Shown one piece after another: positions 40,490 to 49,942 of a DNA stretch of 64,000 nucleotides; position 1 is the first letter of the stretch; each line of letters starts with the position of its first letter. A model generated the notes under the pieces. The model ran no database searches and was not told the DNA's origin. It worked only from the letters and a program-made list of their open reading frames with translations. The position numbers and the translations under genes were made by a program. The stretch is from an uncultured archaeon (GTDB taxonomy: Archaea > Asgardarchaeota > Lokiarchaeia > Sigyniarchaeales > SOKP01): the NCBI GenBank assembly GCA_964493715.1, contig CAZBPC010000001.1:76383-140382 (forward strand), given 5' to 3'.

Positions 40490-40911
40490 ATGTTTCCCCT
40501 AATTTTTCCAATGTAAGTGAAAAAATGAGATTAAGCATAAGCTAATTAAATGGGTATAAATTTTAGCTTACTCCAAATTCCATTCGCTCTGAATTGCATG
40601 TTGTGTAAAACAGTCGCCGATAAAAAAGATCTAGACTGCCCTAATTTAATAATGTCTTTACACCCAAATTGTACAATAAAACAATTGTTTATAAAAAAAA
40701 ATAGAATGAATTATAATTCTAAGTTCTCTTCCTTAGGAAGATCAAGTTTTTTTATTACTTCTTCTATTTATATCATGCTAACGTTTTCATGATTCGCAAT
40801 TTCTTGAATAGTCCTCCCTTTATCGAAATATTGCATTTTTAATCATTCTTTATCCTTATAGTGTGCTTTTTTTCTTCAAAAGTAATTTTATTTTTTAATA
40901 TAAAAAGTAGT

Positions 40912-42144
40912 TTAGGCAACTTTCAACCCAACCATAGAAAAAAGTTCTTTCCCTTGGTCTAAGAGTTCAATTCGTTCGATTTCACCATCATAATAGTTAA
41001 ATACCACGCTATCATCATAGTATTGTTCATTCTCATCAAGTTGCCAGCAAGGTACGTACCCTCGTGCCCTGAAACCAAAATCATAGAGAATCTGTTGGTT
41101 TTGTGGCTCGTGTGCGGATGTAAAAATTTCACAATAACGAATGTCTTGCTCAACCATGCATTTCTTAAATTCTTCAATAAACACTTGAAACTCTTCTAAT
41201 GAATCCATATGATATTTTACTTTTTCATAATTTTTCACTGAAGGCGTGTGTAGAAATGAGAAGTAAGATTTACTTCCTTGAAGAGTTAAACAGAAATGTT
41301 CATAACCATGTTTATCTTTTGATACTTTTCTTTTTACTTTCGATCTTAATTCAGTGATTTTTTGTTGGTCTAATTCCAAGTGAGGAGATACCAATTGAAA
41401 AAATCCCAATTGGTACAAGTTGTCAGCAAACAAGAATGGTTCCAATGCATTTTCAATTAAAGCAGGTACCTTTTTTGTACGATAGTTATTTAGAGTTTGT
41501 TCATTAAATATTAAACCCATTACATCACTTTCCACTGATCCATAGAAGATATCCTTGTTAGGAAAAATCGCGACTGTATCAATCCCACATAGAGCTGTCA
41601 TGTGCTGGAGTGCTGCATGGGCTGTTCTGTTTTCGCAATGCCACATTACCACCTCATCCTTGAACGTTGACCACATCCAGTAGTAAGAGCCCATGATGAC
41701 TTTTATGACATCTACCACACCATGAAATTGCTTGCGTAGCATAAATCCACCCATATAGCCTTTTTTTTCTTTGGGGTCGATAACACAGCGAAAACAACCT
41801 GCAGAATATTCTCCAACTTTAAACAAGATGAAATGATGATTAGGGTCTTTAATAAGCTTTTTAATCACCTTTTCATCTTCCATTTCGCGGTATGGATACG
41901 AATTTTCGTAAACCTTTTTACATATATCTGCTAAATCCTTCGCGTCCTCTGTGCGTGCAAGTTTTAACACTGGACTAATCTTGGTACTTGCTTCTCGTCC
42001 TTCTATCAAAAAATCGAGTTCCATTCCGTTCTCGATATCCAAATCAAGAATTCCTTCGAACGCTTCAAGGAAAGCTTCTATTGATTTTGGGTACAAGTAT
42101 TCGCGCGGGATGATAGGACAGGTTAGTATTTCTTGGGTAATCAT
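40912..42144 (-). CDS. Tandem GNAT-fold protein (putative N-acetyltransferase)
   Basis: LARTEDAKDL..ICKKVYENSYPY, ENRTAH...Q, GFRARGYVPCW. Confidence 0.6.
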   Translation of the reverse strand: MITQEILTCPIIPREYLYPKSIEAFLEAFEGILDLDIENGMELDFLIEGREASTKISPVLKLARTEDAKDLADICKKVYENSYPYREMEDEKVIKKLIKDPNHHFILFKVGEYSAGCFRCVIDPKEKKGYMGGFMLRKQFHGVVDVIKVIMGSYYWMWSTFKDEVVMWHCENRTAHAALQHMTALCGIDTVAIFPNKDIFYGSVESDVMGLIFNEQTLNNYRTKKVPALIENALEPFLFADNLYQLGFFQLVSPHLELDQQKITELRSKVKRKVSKDKHGYEHFCLTLQGSKSYFSFLHTPSVKNYEKVKYHMDSLEEFQVFIEEFKKCMVEQDIRYCEIFTSAHEPQNQQILYDFGFRARGYVPCWQLDENEQYYDDSVVFNYYDGEIERIELLDQGKELFSMVGLKVA

Positions 42145-42248
42145 GAGTCTTTATTTAATGTTATTAGACAATAATAACCATCCAATAAAACCTATCTATA
42201 TAAAGGAAAAATGACAAAATTGGCAATGATGTCATAAATTGTGATTTG

Positions 42249-42262
42249 TTTTTTTTTATATA
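42249..42262 (+). promoter_or_regulatory. T-tract plus TATA promoter (leaderless, divergent)
   Basis: TTTTTTTTTATATA, 26 nt before ATG 42288; no upstream gene on the same strand. Confidence 0.55.
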
Positions 42263-42287
42263 GATACGAATTGAATTATCAATTAGA

Positions 42288-43133
42288 ATGTTAGAATTAG
42301 AATCAAAATCGAAATGGTCTCAAGATTATTTGCATCAAGTTAGTCGTAACATAGGACACGTCACTCTGGAAGAACAAGAAACTCTTCGAAAAACTCCTAT
42401 TGGCATATTTGGAGTGGGGGGATTAGGAGGATTACTTTCTGAACAACTAGTTCGTACGGGTTGTGAACACTTAGTCATTTGTGACAGAGATAAATTCGAA
42501 CCATCCAACTTGAACCGCCAAATTTGTAAAAATAAGCACATGGGGCACCAAAAAATCGATGTGGTTGCTGAACACTTGGAAAATATCAATTCCGACGTTC
42601 AGGTAGACAAATTCAATGCTGTTAATCTTCACACCATAGATAGCTTGCTTAAAGACGTGAAAATTGTGGCCTTGACATTGGACGATCCTATAGGTTCAAT
42701 ATTAATTGCCCGCGAATGCAGAAAAAGGAATATTCCGATGGTAGAAACGTGGGGAATTCCCTACATCTGGTCTTTTTGGTTTACTCAACAAAGTATTGAT
42801 TATGAAACTTGCTATGATCTTGATACTCATGACATGACCATCGAAGAACTATTCGTATCAGGGATGACTAGTTTCGGAGATTTATTTCCAAAACTAACCC
42901 AATTTCCTCGTATCGGCGAAATGTATGACCGATATCCTGGGATGTGGGAAAAAATGAAACGAGGAGAAGTTCCTTACCGCTCGTTTGCGCCCTTTATTGG
43001 AATAGCTGCGTCTTACTTATGTGCAGAAATAATTTTTGCAGGTATTCTTGGAGTGAAATCAATGAATTTGGCACCTAAAGTTGTCGGGTTCGATTACATG
43101 AGAATGATTCCATTTCAATTTGAAATGGAATAA
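42288..43133 (+). CDS. ThiF/MoeB/E1-family adenylyltransferase
   Basis: SRNIG....EQ..L, GVGGLG, D.DKFEPSNLNRQ, K.DV, LDD; no CxxC zinc pairs. Confidence 0.9.
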   Translation: MLELESKSKWSQDYLHQVSRNIGHVTLEEQETLRKTPIGIFGVGGLGGLLSEQLVRTGCEHLVICDRDKFEPSNLNRQICKNKHMGHQKIDVVAEHLENINSDVQVDKFNAVNLHTIDSLLKDVKIVALTLDDPIGSILIARECRKRNIPMVETWGIPYIWSFWFTQQSIDYETCYDLDTHDMTIEELFVSGMTSFGDLFPKLTQFPRIGEMYDRYPGMWEKMKRGEVPYRSFAPFIGIAASYLCAEIIFAGILGVKSMNLAPKVVGFDYMRMIPFQFEME

Positions 43134-43163
43134 TCTTTTTTTTCTTTCTAAAATTTCTTGAAA

Positions 43164-44027
43164 TTAAGGAAACAGTTTTATAAGGAGGTTGCTTAATTGA
43201 TGTTGTTCCCAACTATTCTTCGATGCCTTTTTTGCCATGTAATTAGTAAGTAATACTCTTGCTCCTTTGTATGCAATCTTTCTATCTCTATCATTAGATA
43301 CTAGTGTATTCACTTTTTCTTTCACATGGAATTCCATTAGGAACTGAAGCACTCTAAAAAAAACATCGTACATAAGAAGTCTGTCATCCTCATAGATCTC
43401 TTTTCCATTGTGAACAGCATCGTTTCTTGCCTTGTTTAATAGGATCAAATCCTTCTCTAATTCGATGGGAAATTTTAATTCTTTTATCTTGTCTGGCATT
43501 GGTAGTGTATCATCTTTTTCAAATACTCTCTCGTGATATAGCTCGATATTACCGATTAACCGGATCAAGAATCGAAACTCGTCTTCAACTCCTTTTTTTT
43601 CTAAGTTAAGGTAATCAAACATTTTTAACCAAGAATCAATATTAATTACTTGTAATTCCTTTTTAACTATTTTTTCTATAGAATAGACAATATTATTATC
43701 CTCAATATTACTTATTCCATTTTTTTCAATTACTATGGTTCCTTGCACTAACCCTTGGATTCTTCTGGCAATCAACTCGAGTAATTCTTCTCGTTCCTCA
43801 AATTTTTGTTCTAATTCTGATGCATGTAAATCCATTGTTTCACTTTTTGAATTATTATTTTCTTGTAGGTTCTTGATAAAGAAAGGAAACAATTCGATAA
43901 TCTCATCTAATATTATAGCACGCTGGTTTAATATAAGTTGCTTCATCTCTTTTGGGCTGATTTCATTTCGAGAAAATTGGATGATTTTTGTTTTGAGTAA
44001 ATCAAGCTTATCGTGATCAAATATCAC
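43164..44027 (-). CDS. Helical protein with a HEPN-like RxxxxH motif
   Basis: LNKARNDAVH preceded by 'DKIKELK', a pattern typical of HEPN/Abi-like domains. Confidence 0.5.
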   Translation of the reverse strand: MIFDHDKLDLLKTKIIQFSRNEISPKEMKQLILNQRAIILDEIIELFPFFIKNLQENNNSKSETMDLHASELEQKFEEREELLELIARRIQGLVQGTIVIEKNGISNIEDNNIVYSIEKIVKKELQVINIDSWLKMFDYLNLEKKGVEDEFRFLIRLIGNIELYHERVFEKDDTLPMPDKIKELKFPIELEKDLILLNKARNDAVHNGKEIYEDDRLLMYDVFFRVLQFLMEFHVKEKVNTLVSNDRDRKIAYKGARVLLTNYMAKKASKNSWEQHQLSNLLIKLFP

Positions 44028-44074
44028 TTTTTCTGCTAGTCCCTTAAGAATATCTATTGAATTTATGTTCGTTG

Positions 44075-47000
44075 TTATGCGTTCTCTCCTCCTTGTTGGA
44101 TGCTGGTATACTCTTCTAATACCTGAGAGATCTTTTGGTGAGATTTCAATAATTCATGACATGCTTCTTTCTGGGTTTCAACAGAAATCGTAAGTGTTGA
44201 TGGATAAGCAAGATAATTAAATACGTCCTCTTCAGATAAAGGAAACCCATCCATTGTAACTAAACTTTTCAAGAAACTCTCTCTTGATTCAAAAACTCCG
44301 ATTTCGGGGAGTTGTTCTATTCGAGCTTGAATGTTGGAAACATACATCTCGGATAGATCTTGAGCGATGATTAATGCATGTTCGAGATTTCCCTTGTTTA
44401 AATCCCTCTCTATTTGGAACAAGTTCCATTGCAAGATATCAATCAATTCGGAACGAATAATAGCTTTTACACTTTTTACGGGTAGTTTTTTTATCATTGA
44501 TCCTTGAGTTGGGAGGAACTTAAAATCGGGAATGGATTCAGATTGCTGGTCCATTATTTCAAAATCGATGTTGGCAATTGTTTTCCTTCGTGTTTCATAA
44601 TAATCTTCTAAGACTCTATCAAACTTTGGTGAGACTTGGTATGAAGAACGAACGGATTGACCACCACTGGCTTGAGCAGGGTGACTCTCTACCAAGTAAC
44701 CCCTATTGAAAAGGATATCTAAAATCTCATCCCTCATCTTATTCACTATTTTCCTATCTTGATTTATCAATGATAATTTGGAGTATAAAATATTCTTAAG
44801 TTCTTCTCGAATCTTGCTCTTATATAAATTACCTACCGTATGTACGGTTTTCAAACTTTCCAAGAAGGTAATGATTTCAGGGATCAGATGAGAATATTCC
44901 CCCATATCCTTTTCAAACACCGTTTTTTGTGCCCGTTCCAAGATCACTCTTTCAGCATTTTTCATATTAAATCCTTGGGCATCCATGTGAGTGATAATTT
45001 CCTTCCAATCGAGTGAGTCTAATTTCGCTAATTGACTCGAGTCAATTTTCACCGGAAATGGTTGATAAATATCAGTACGTTTCATTATCGCTTCAGGAGG
45101 ACTCATGGTCATTAAATAACGTGTTTGATACAACTCATTACGAGATTTACTATACATGCCCGTTCCATGCATTTCTTCAAGGTTTAACAAGTTTCTAAGA
45201 GTGGATATGTCACGAGGATCGATCGCTTTAAATGCAATGTAATTATCAAGGATGGTGAGCACGTGTGGATGGAGATGATGTACTTGATCGGCAGAACAGA
45301 TGAAGCCAAATCCTTTTTGCAATAATGGAGTCATGAACTTGGATATTTTCCCATATTTCATCGGTTTTTCAAGAAAGTAGACATCAAATATGAGATCCAG
45401 ATGGGGAATAACTAAAAATTTGGGGATATACTGATCATTAAAGTTTAGATAATGAATAAATTTTGCCACCATCAACCATGTAAAAAAGACCTGTTTATTT
45501 AAATCCGATGATCCTGAGATATCTATGATTATGGTTTTATCCGTTTTTAAATACTCTAAAACTGATGAAACAAAATTACTCTCTTCATATTTACTAAACA
45601 AGTATGTAGTATCTTCTGCTGAGAATTCTTCAAGAGTAGCAATGATTGATTCGACGCCGTTTCTTTTTTCGTGGTCTGGTAAATTTTTTACATGAGTTAC
45701 AAGCGTGGAATAATCAACACTAGAGTCATCGTCTTTTTTAATTGAGGAGAGCTTCGAAAGTGAATTTTTAAACAATGTAACCGTTCCCTCATCTTTCTTA
45801 AAGCTCATTTCATATACATCTAACATCAAGTTCAAAAACTCGAGATTGTGGGCATCGTATGAGATCTCAGAATGGATGGGATCGATCGTAATGGTTCTCC
45901 CTAATTTATAGTAAAGAATCGAATTTTCATGTTCCGTTCCCTTAAAAAGCCTGATCATTTTTGACCAATTGCCTGAATAATCAAAAACAATGGAATTTTG
46001 ATTTTGCTTGATGAGTTCAGCAACTATAAGCATTGAAACTGTTTCCCTATTTTGAAATGTTCCATTCGTGATTAAAGAACGTTTAGCTTGAGCTTCTGTG
46101 AATCCAGCGTCAATTTCTCTACCTAAAAACTCAGTATTGATAGTAGTTCCGATATTTATATAACTTTCTAATTGTAATGGAGTATTAAATTCCGCAGCAA
46201 TTTTAGTTTCAATTCCTTTCTTGAATTCATTAGCAATGGTGATGAAAGAAGTTAATGTGGTACCTTGTGTGATCATGTAAGGTAAGTAAGAACCTTTTAA
46301 CTGAGTAAACCTGGTTTTGAGTGAACTCACGGTAAGGGCAGATTCCAAGTGATTTTTTTTGAGTGGTTTTATATTAAAAGTAGAATAATACGAATGGAAT
46401 GAAGTTTTAAGGATTATCGCATTCTCCCGAAGCTGAGATTCAAGGTCTTGAAAATCAGCAGTAGAGACGTTTTTCACACGTTTATACACGTGAGTAGTAT
46501 AAATTCCTACTGTTTTCCATATGCCGGCTCTTTGTATCATCCACTTGTCTTCTTCTCGCTTATCTCTTATCTTATTCATGTGATATTGTTTTTCTGATCG
46601 ACTCAAGTATTTTTTTCCTAATTTATAGAATCGATAGTAAGAAATTGCGCCGGTAATTACCGTGGTTCCAAAGGATATTCCTTGAGACATGAGTGAGCCA
46701 TAGAATTTGCTATCATATGCATATACAGGTAATTTAACTTCATCCACGCTAAATGCTTTCAAACCTCCCAATAAATTATCTCCTATCTGGAAAAAAATCG
46801 TCTCAGGCGCTCGTGAAAAGCGATAGAAACGAATATCACTAAAAGGATTTATGGGAATGATCTCAGGAGAATTAAAATTCTTTTTTGAAAAAAGCTGAAA
46901 CAAGGGTTCTTTCCACCAGCCCATGAGAATCAATCCTATCACTATACTAGATGATAAAATTGTCAGAATCCCATTTTTCCAAACCGCAGAAACCAATCCA

Positions 47001-47860
47001 CCAACAACTATTGCAGTGATTAAGGTCATTATTGTTTTGGAAATAATTTTCATCGTTATTTTGATGTTATTCTTTATAGGATTACTTGGAGGAATATCTT
47101 GTTTGAGAAATATGGTTCTCAAGGCTTGTACGGCTTCATTTTTCTGCAATAGAGTTATCTTGTAATGATGAAAGTTAGGGACAAAATCCGAATTGATAGT
47201 CAATGTTTTTGAGTGCAATGTTTCTAAGAATCGATTGAATCTATTTTTGGAAAAAATACCCTTAATCTCGTGAGATACTGCAAAATAGATAATAGTCCGA
47301 AATGGTGTCATTCTTGCCCCGTTTATCTCTTTTTTCAATGATGATATTTGCGTGGATGGGGTTAAGATGGGCTGTTGTATTACCTGGTAGGTAATGCTTT
47401 GAAAACGAGTTGAAAGCACTCTGATAAATTGCGTGATATTAGCATTAACATTTTCAGGCAACACCTCTACCCGAAAAATTCGTATTCCCACTGTGAGCAA
47501 ATCTTCTCGATTAGTAAAAAAGATGGAATTTTGATCCTTGTTCAATTGCCAGAATGATAAAGATTTAAAAGGATTAAACGGTTGAGTAAAAAAACTTCGA
47601 GTTGAAAATATTAAAATGAAGACTATCATGAAAAACACGCAAAGAGGAACGATTTTGAACAAGTCTGATGATAATAGATAACCATGTATTGCAATGACAG
47701 TGGTTAGTCCTAATAATACCCCTCGTTTAATCCGTACTGTATTTTGAGTAACATCTTTTTTAACGGGGCTTAAGGGCCAGATGTTAAGATACTTCTTGCT
47801 TTCATTTTCGTCTTCTATTTGGATTATTTTTGGTTTTAAATATTCAGCGTAATTTACCAT
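44075..47860 (-). CDS. Large membrane protein with a degenerate HerA/FtsK/VirB4-like ATPase domain
   Basis: Two [2TM + alpha/beta] N-terminal units; motif order LITNGTFQNRE (Walker A position), IVFDYSGNW, IDP, IIIDIS, LVIPHLD (Walker B position), GFGFICSADQ..L...V......IAF. Confidence 0.6.
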   Translation of the reverse strand: MVNYAEYLKPKIIQIEDENESKKYLNIWPLSPVKKDVTQNTVRIKRGVLLGLTTVIAIHGYLLSSDLFKIVPLCVFFMIVFILIFSTRSFFTQPFNPFKSLSFWQLNKDQNSIFFTNREDLLTVGIRIFRVEVLPENVNANITQFIRVLSTRFQSITYQVIQQPILTPSTQISSLKKEINGARMTPFRTIIYFAVSHEIKGIFSKNRFNRFLETLHSKTLTINSDFVPNFHHYKITLLQKNEAVQALRTIFLKQDIPPSNPIKNNIKITMKIISKTIMTLITAIVVGGLVSAVWKNGILTILSSSIVIGLILMGWWKEPLFQLFSKKNFNSPEIIPINPFSDIRFYRFSRAPETIFFQIGDNLLGGLKAFSVDEVKLPVYAYDSKFYGSLMSQGISFGTTVITGAISYYRFYKLGKKYLSRSEKQYHMNKIRDKREEDKWMIQRAGIWKTVGIYTTHVYKRVKNVSTADFQDLESQLRENAIILKTSFHSYYSTFNIKPLKKNHLESALTVSSLKTRFTQLKGSYLPYMITQGTTLTSFITIANEFKKGIETKIAAEFNTPLQLESYINIGTTINTEFLGREIDAGFTEAQAKRSLITNGTFQNRETVSMLIVAELIKQNQNSIVFDYSGNWSKMIRLFKGTEHENSILYYKLGRTITIDPIHSEISYDAHNLEFLNLMLDVYEMSFKKDEGTVTLFKNSLSKLSSIKKDDDSSVDYSTLVTHVKNLPDHEKRNGVESIIATLEEFSAEDTTYLFSKYEESNFVSSVLEYLKTDKTIIIDISGSSDLNKQVFFTWLMVAKFIHYLNFNDQYIPKFLVIPHLDLIFDVYFLEKPMKYGKISKFMTPLLQKGFGFICSADQVHHLHPHVLTILDNYIAFKAIDPRDISTLRNLLNLEEMHGTGMYSKSRNELYQTRYLMTMSPPEAIMKRTDIYQPFPVKIDSSQLAKLDSLDWKEIITHMDAQGFNMKNAERVILERAQKTVFEKDMGEYSHLIPEIITFLESLKTVHTVGNLYKSKIREELKNILYSKLSLINQDRKIVNKMRDEILDILFNRGYLVESHPAQASGGQSVRSSYQVSPKFDRVLEDYYETRRKTIANIDFEIMDQQSESIPDFKFLPTQGSMIKKLPVKSVKAIIRSELIDILQWNLFQIERDLNKGNLEHALIIAQDLSEMYVSNIQARIEQLPEIGVFESRESFLKSLVTMDGFPLSEEDVFNYLAYPSTLTISVETQKEACHELLKSHQKISQVLEEYTSIQQGGENA

Positions 47861-48715
47861 TTACCAATACCTCCATTTTTTCATGGCATTATAATATAGA
47901 TATCCAAGTAACAGAATGCTAACTAAGAAGAAAATCATGAGCATTCCAACCGCTTCCAGCGAGTTCGGCATGATGATTGTTTCTGCAATCAATAAAGATT
48001 CGAAAATTCCCAATAAGATGATGAATCCCAATATAACCAACCATCCGATTCCTTTTTTAGAAGCTACGTAATTCGGATTATCTTTCAATCTTCCTTGAAC
48101 AGGTATCTTGCGATTATCATTGCGATTAAGGGCGGACCTTATCTTCTTTAGCTGTAATGAAGTTTCTAATACGTCCCCATTCATTCCGTTCTGTAAATGA
48201 GAATGGAGTTCTCTTTCTCTTTTTTCAATCTCATCAATGAGGAGATCTCTCACCATTGAAGAAGAATCATTTGGAGTTTTTCTTGAAAATAAGTTAAAAG
48301 ACCTAGTATTCGAATAATCTTGTCTTCTTAGCGTTCGGGTAAAGTTATTAAATTCTGGTATCCTTATCTTGCGAATATCATAATAAAGCGCGATAGCATC
48401 TTTTAAATGGTTTTTTGGTAGATTTCCATCTGATTTGAAAAAGAGCGTTTCAATGATTTTAACCCTATTGATCATATCAGCAGGGATTAGATTGATTCCT
48501 AAATGGACGATATAGCGATTTATTCGTTCCAAGAAATAATGGATAAACTCATCCTTTCTTGGATCTCTCCTACCAATTTCTAATTTAATACCTATCATAT
48601 CCACATGATTACTAATAAGTTGCAAAGTGGTAGCTGAAAGTTTAGCGTGATTACCACTCATTATACATCTTTCCACCAAAGTTTCAAATTTATTATCCAT
48701 TAAATTCATCATCAT
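47861..48715 (-). CDS. Hypothetical protein with two C-terminal TM helices
   Basis: Long ORF translationally coupled to both neighbours; coiled-coil region then a hydrophobic hairpin. Confidence 0.7.
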   Translation of the reverse strand: MMMNLMDNKFETLVERCIMSGNHAKLSATTLQLISNHVDMIGIKLEIGRRDPRKDEFIHYFLERINRYIVHLGINLIPADMINRVKIIETLFFKSDGNLPKNHLKDAIALYYDIRKIRIPEFNNFTRTLRRQDYSNTRSFNLFSRKTPNDSSSMVRDLLIDEIEKRERELHSHLQNGMNGDVLETSLQLKKIRSALNRNDNRKIPVQGRLKDNPNYVASKKGIGWLVILGFIILLGIFESLLIAETIIMPNSLEAVGMLMIFFLVSILLLGYLYYNAMKKWRYW

Positions 48716-49512
48716 TGTTTTTTTAACCTCTTGCTATTCTTTCTTTGAGATTGAAATTGCTGGTATGCAATTTCGATTTTTTGGTCAACTCTACCTTCTC
48801 CTTTTAAAGGTGGCGTCTTGTGGGAACGCGTGATTAATTTTTTTTGTGAGATTAAAAAGGCATCTTCTTCCGCAATGAGTTGGTCCAAGTTAACAGATTC
48901 TTTAACTGCTTGCATTTGAATCCTCTTCTTGGGAATTCTTGAGTGTTGTTCAAAGGTGGTGGCTACTTTATAACAAAAAAATGCGTATGGAAAAGTCAAG
49001 ATAAACCCCATACATTGAAAATAGTAGCCAATTCCGATTCCTTGATATACATAAATGGAAAAATCACCGTTTTCAACAACCATTCCTGGAAAAAATAACC
49101 CATTAGAGAAGAGGATCATAAAAGGAAATATAATTATCATAAGAATTGTCATAAAGGTAGTTGAGAGGAAGAAATAAGAATTGGATCTAGTTGTTTCCAA
49201 GTTAGACACAGTTTCTGGGTTTCTAAATAAAGCGATTACTATCGAACCAACTAATAAAAAAACTTGGATAAAACTCATCATTGGTGATATCATGTAATTT
49301 TGAGGAATGTATTGATTTAACAAGCTGCTTTCAAGATGTTTGATAGTAGCCCAACCATTTAAGATTTCATAAGTGCTTTCCATGAGCTTTTGCCCGATAT
49401 CATTCCGAACTTCCACGGAAAACCATTCTAAAAACAATGAAACGAACGTGAACAAGAGTCCAATGATAAAAAACAGCTTGAGCAAGTCAGCCGATTTTTC
49501 ATAAAGTTTCAT
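48712..49512 (-). CDS. Hypothetical four-TM membrane protein with a basic cytoplasmic tail
   Basis: Four hydrophobic segments (SLFLEWF, GIGIGYY patterns); ATGA overlap with the next gene. Confidence 0.7.
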   Translation of the reverse strand: MKLYEKSADLLKLFFIIGLLFTFVSLFLEWFSVEVRNDIGQKLMESTYEILNGWATIKHLESSLLNQYIPQNYMISPMMSFIQVFLLVGSIVIALFRNPETVSNLETTRSNSYFFLSTTFMTILMIIIFPFMILFSNGLFFPGMVVENGDFSIYVYQGIGIGYYFQCMGFILTFPYAFFCYKVATTFEQHSRIPKKRIQMQAVKESVNLDQLIAEEDAFLISQKKLITRSHKTPPLKGEGRVDQKIEIAYQQFQSQRKNSKRLKKQ

Positions 49513-49533
49513 GCAAGAAGATACTTTTAGAGC

Positions 49534-49548
49534 TATTTAAAAAAAAAA
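49534..49548 (-). promoter_or_regulatory. T-tract plus TATA promoter (leaderless)
   Basis: TTTTTTTTTTAAATA, 22 nt before ATG 49512; about 400 nt from the nearest upstream stop. Confidence 0.6.
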
Positions 49549-49656
49549 TCTCTTAGTGAATATATATTCGAGTTAATATCCTAGTTTTTTCTTTTTAAAT
49601 TAACAACTATAGATTTAAATATATAGCTGTAATGTATTGATCTTGAAAGACGTAAA

Positions 49657-49868
49657 TGCAAAAATTATTAACTATGATACGACCATCTGCCACCCTGGAT
49701 TTTTGTCTTTTGGTAGTGCAATTACTGCACTTTAATTTCGCCCTCCAAGAGTCGTGATATACACGGAACTGGGGAATCCCCCTTTAATTCTTCAGCGAAA
49801 ATACTTTTCGCAGGCAGATGGAAGTATCACCTTTCATTCAAAAAATATTAAAAATAATAATTTTTGCA
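49657..49868. ncRNA. Candidate structured ncRNA (multi-hairpin, bounded by a 14-bp inverted repeat)
   Basis: TGCAAAAATTATTA/TAATAATTTTTGCA outer IR; TGATAC..CCATCTGCC/GGCAGATGG..GTATCA stem; four internal hairpins; GC-rich island in an AT-rich spacer. Confidence 0.6.
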
Positions 49869-49942
49869 CTTTTCTCCTAAAAGTACTGTCAAAATTATGC
49901 TTGAGTATATCATTCTAAAATAATTAACTAATGGTAAGTATT

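Noticed and set aside
40550-40792. 80-aa intergenic ORF (also the 61-aa ORF at 63392-63577)
   Set aside because: Low-complexity AT-derived composition, no family motifs and no convincing translation signals.
49730-49800. Hammerhead ribozyme on the minus strand (CTGAAGA ... CGAAA)
   Set aside because: Stem II cannot close between CTGAAGA and GAAA, and no stem III/NUH site forms.
49690-49800. c-di-AMP (ydaO) riboswitch resemblance on the minus strand (CGCTGAA..GGGGGA..GGGCGAA)
   Set aside because: The conserved 3' half (CCCG..CCCGUCAGCUAAC) is absent, and the downstream gene has its own leaderless promoter.
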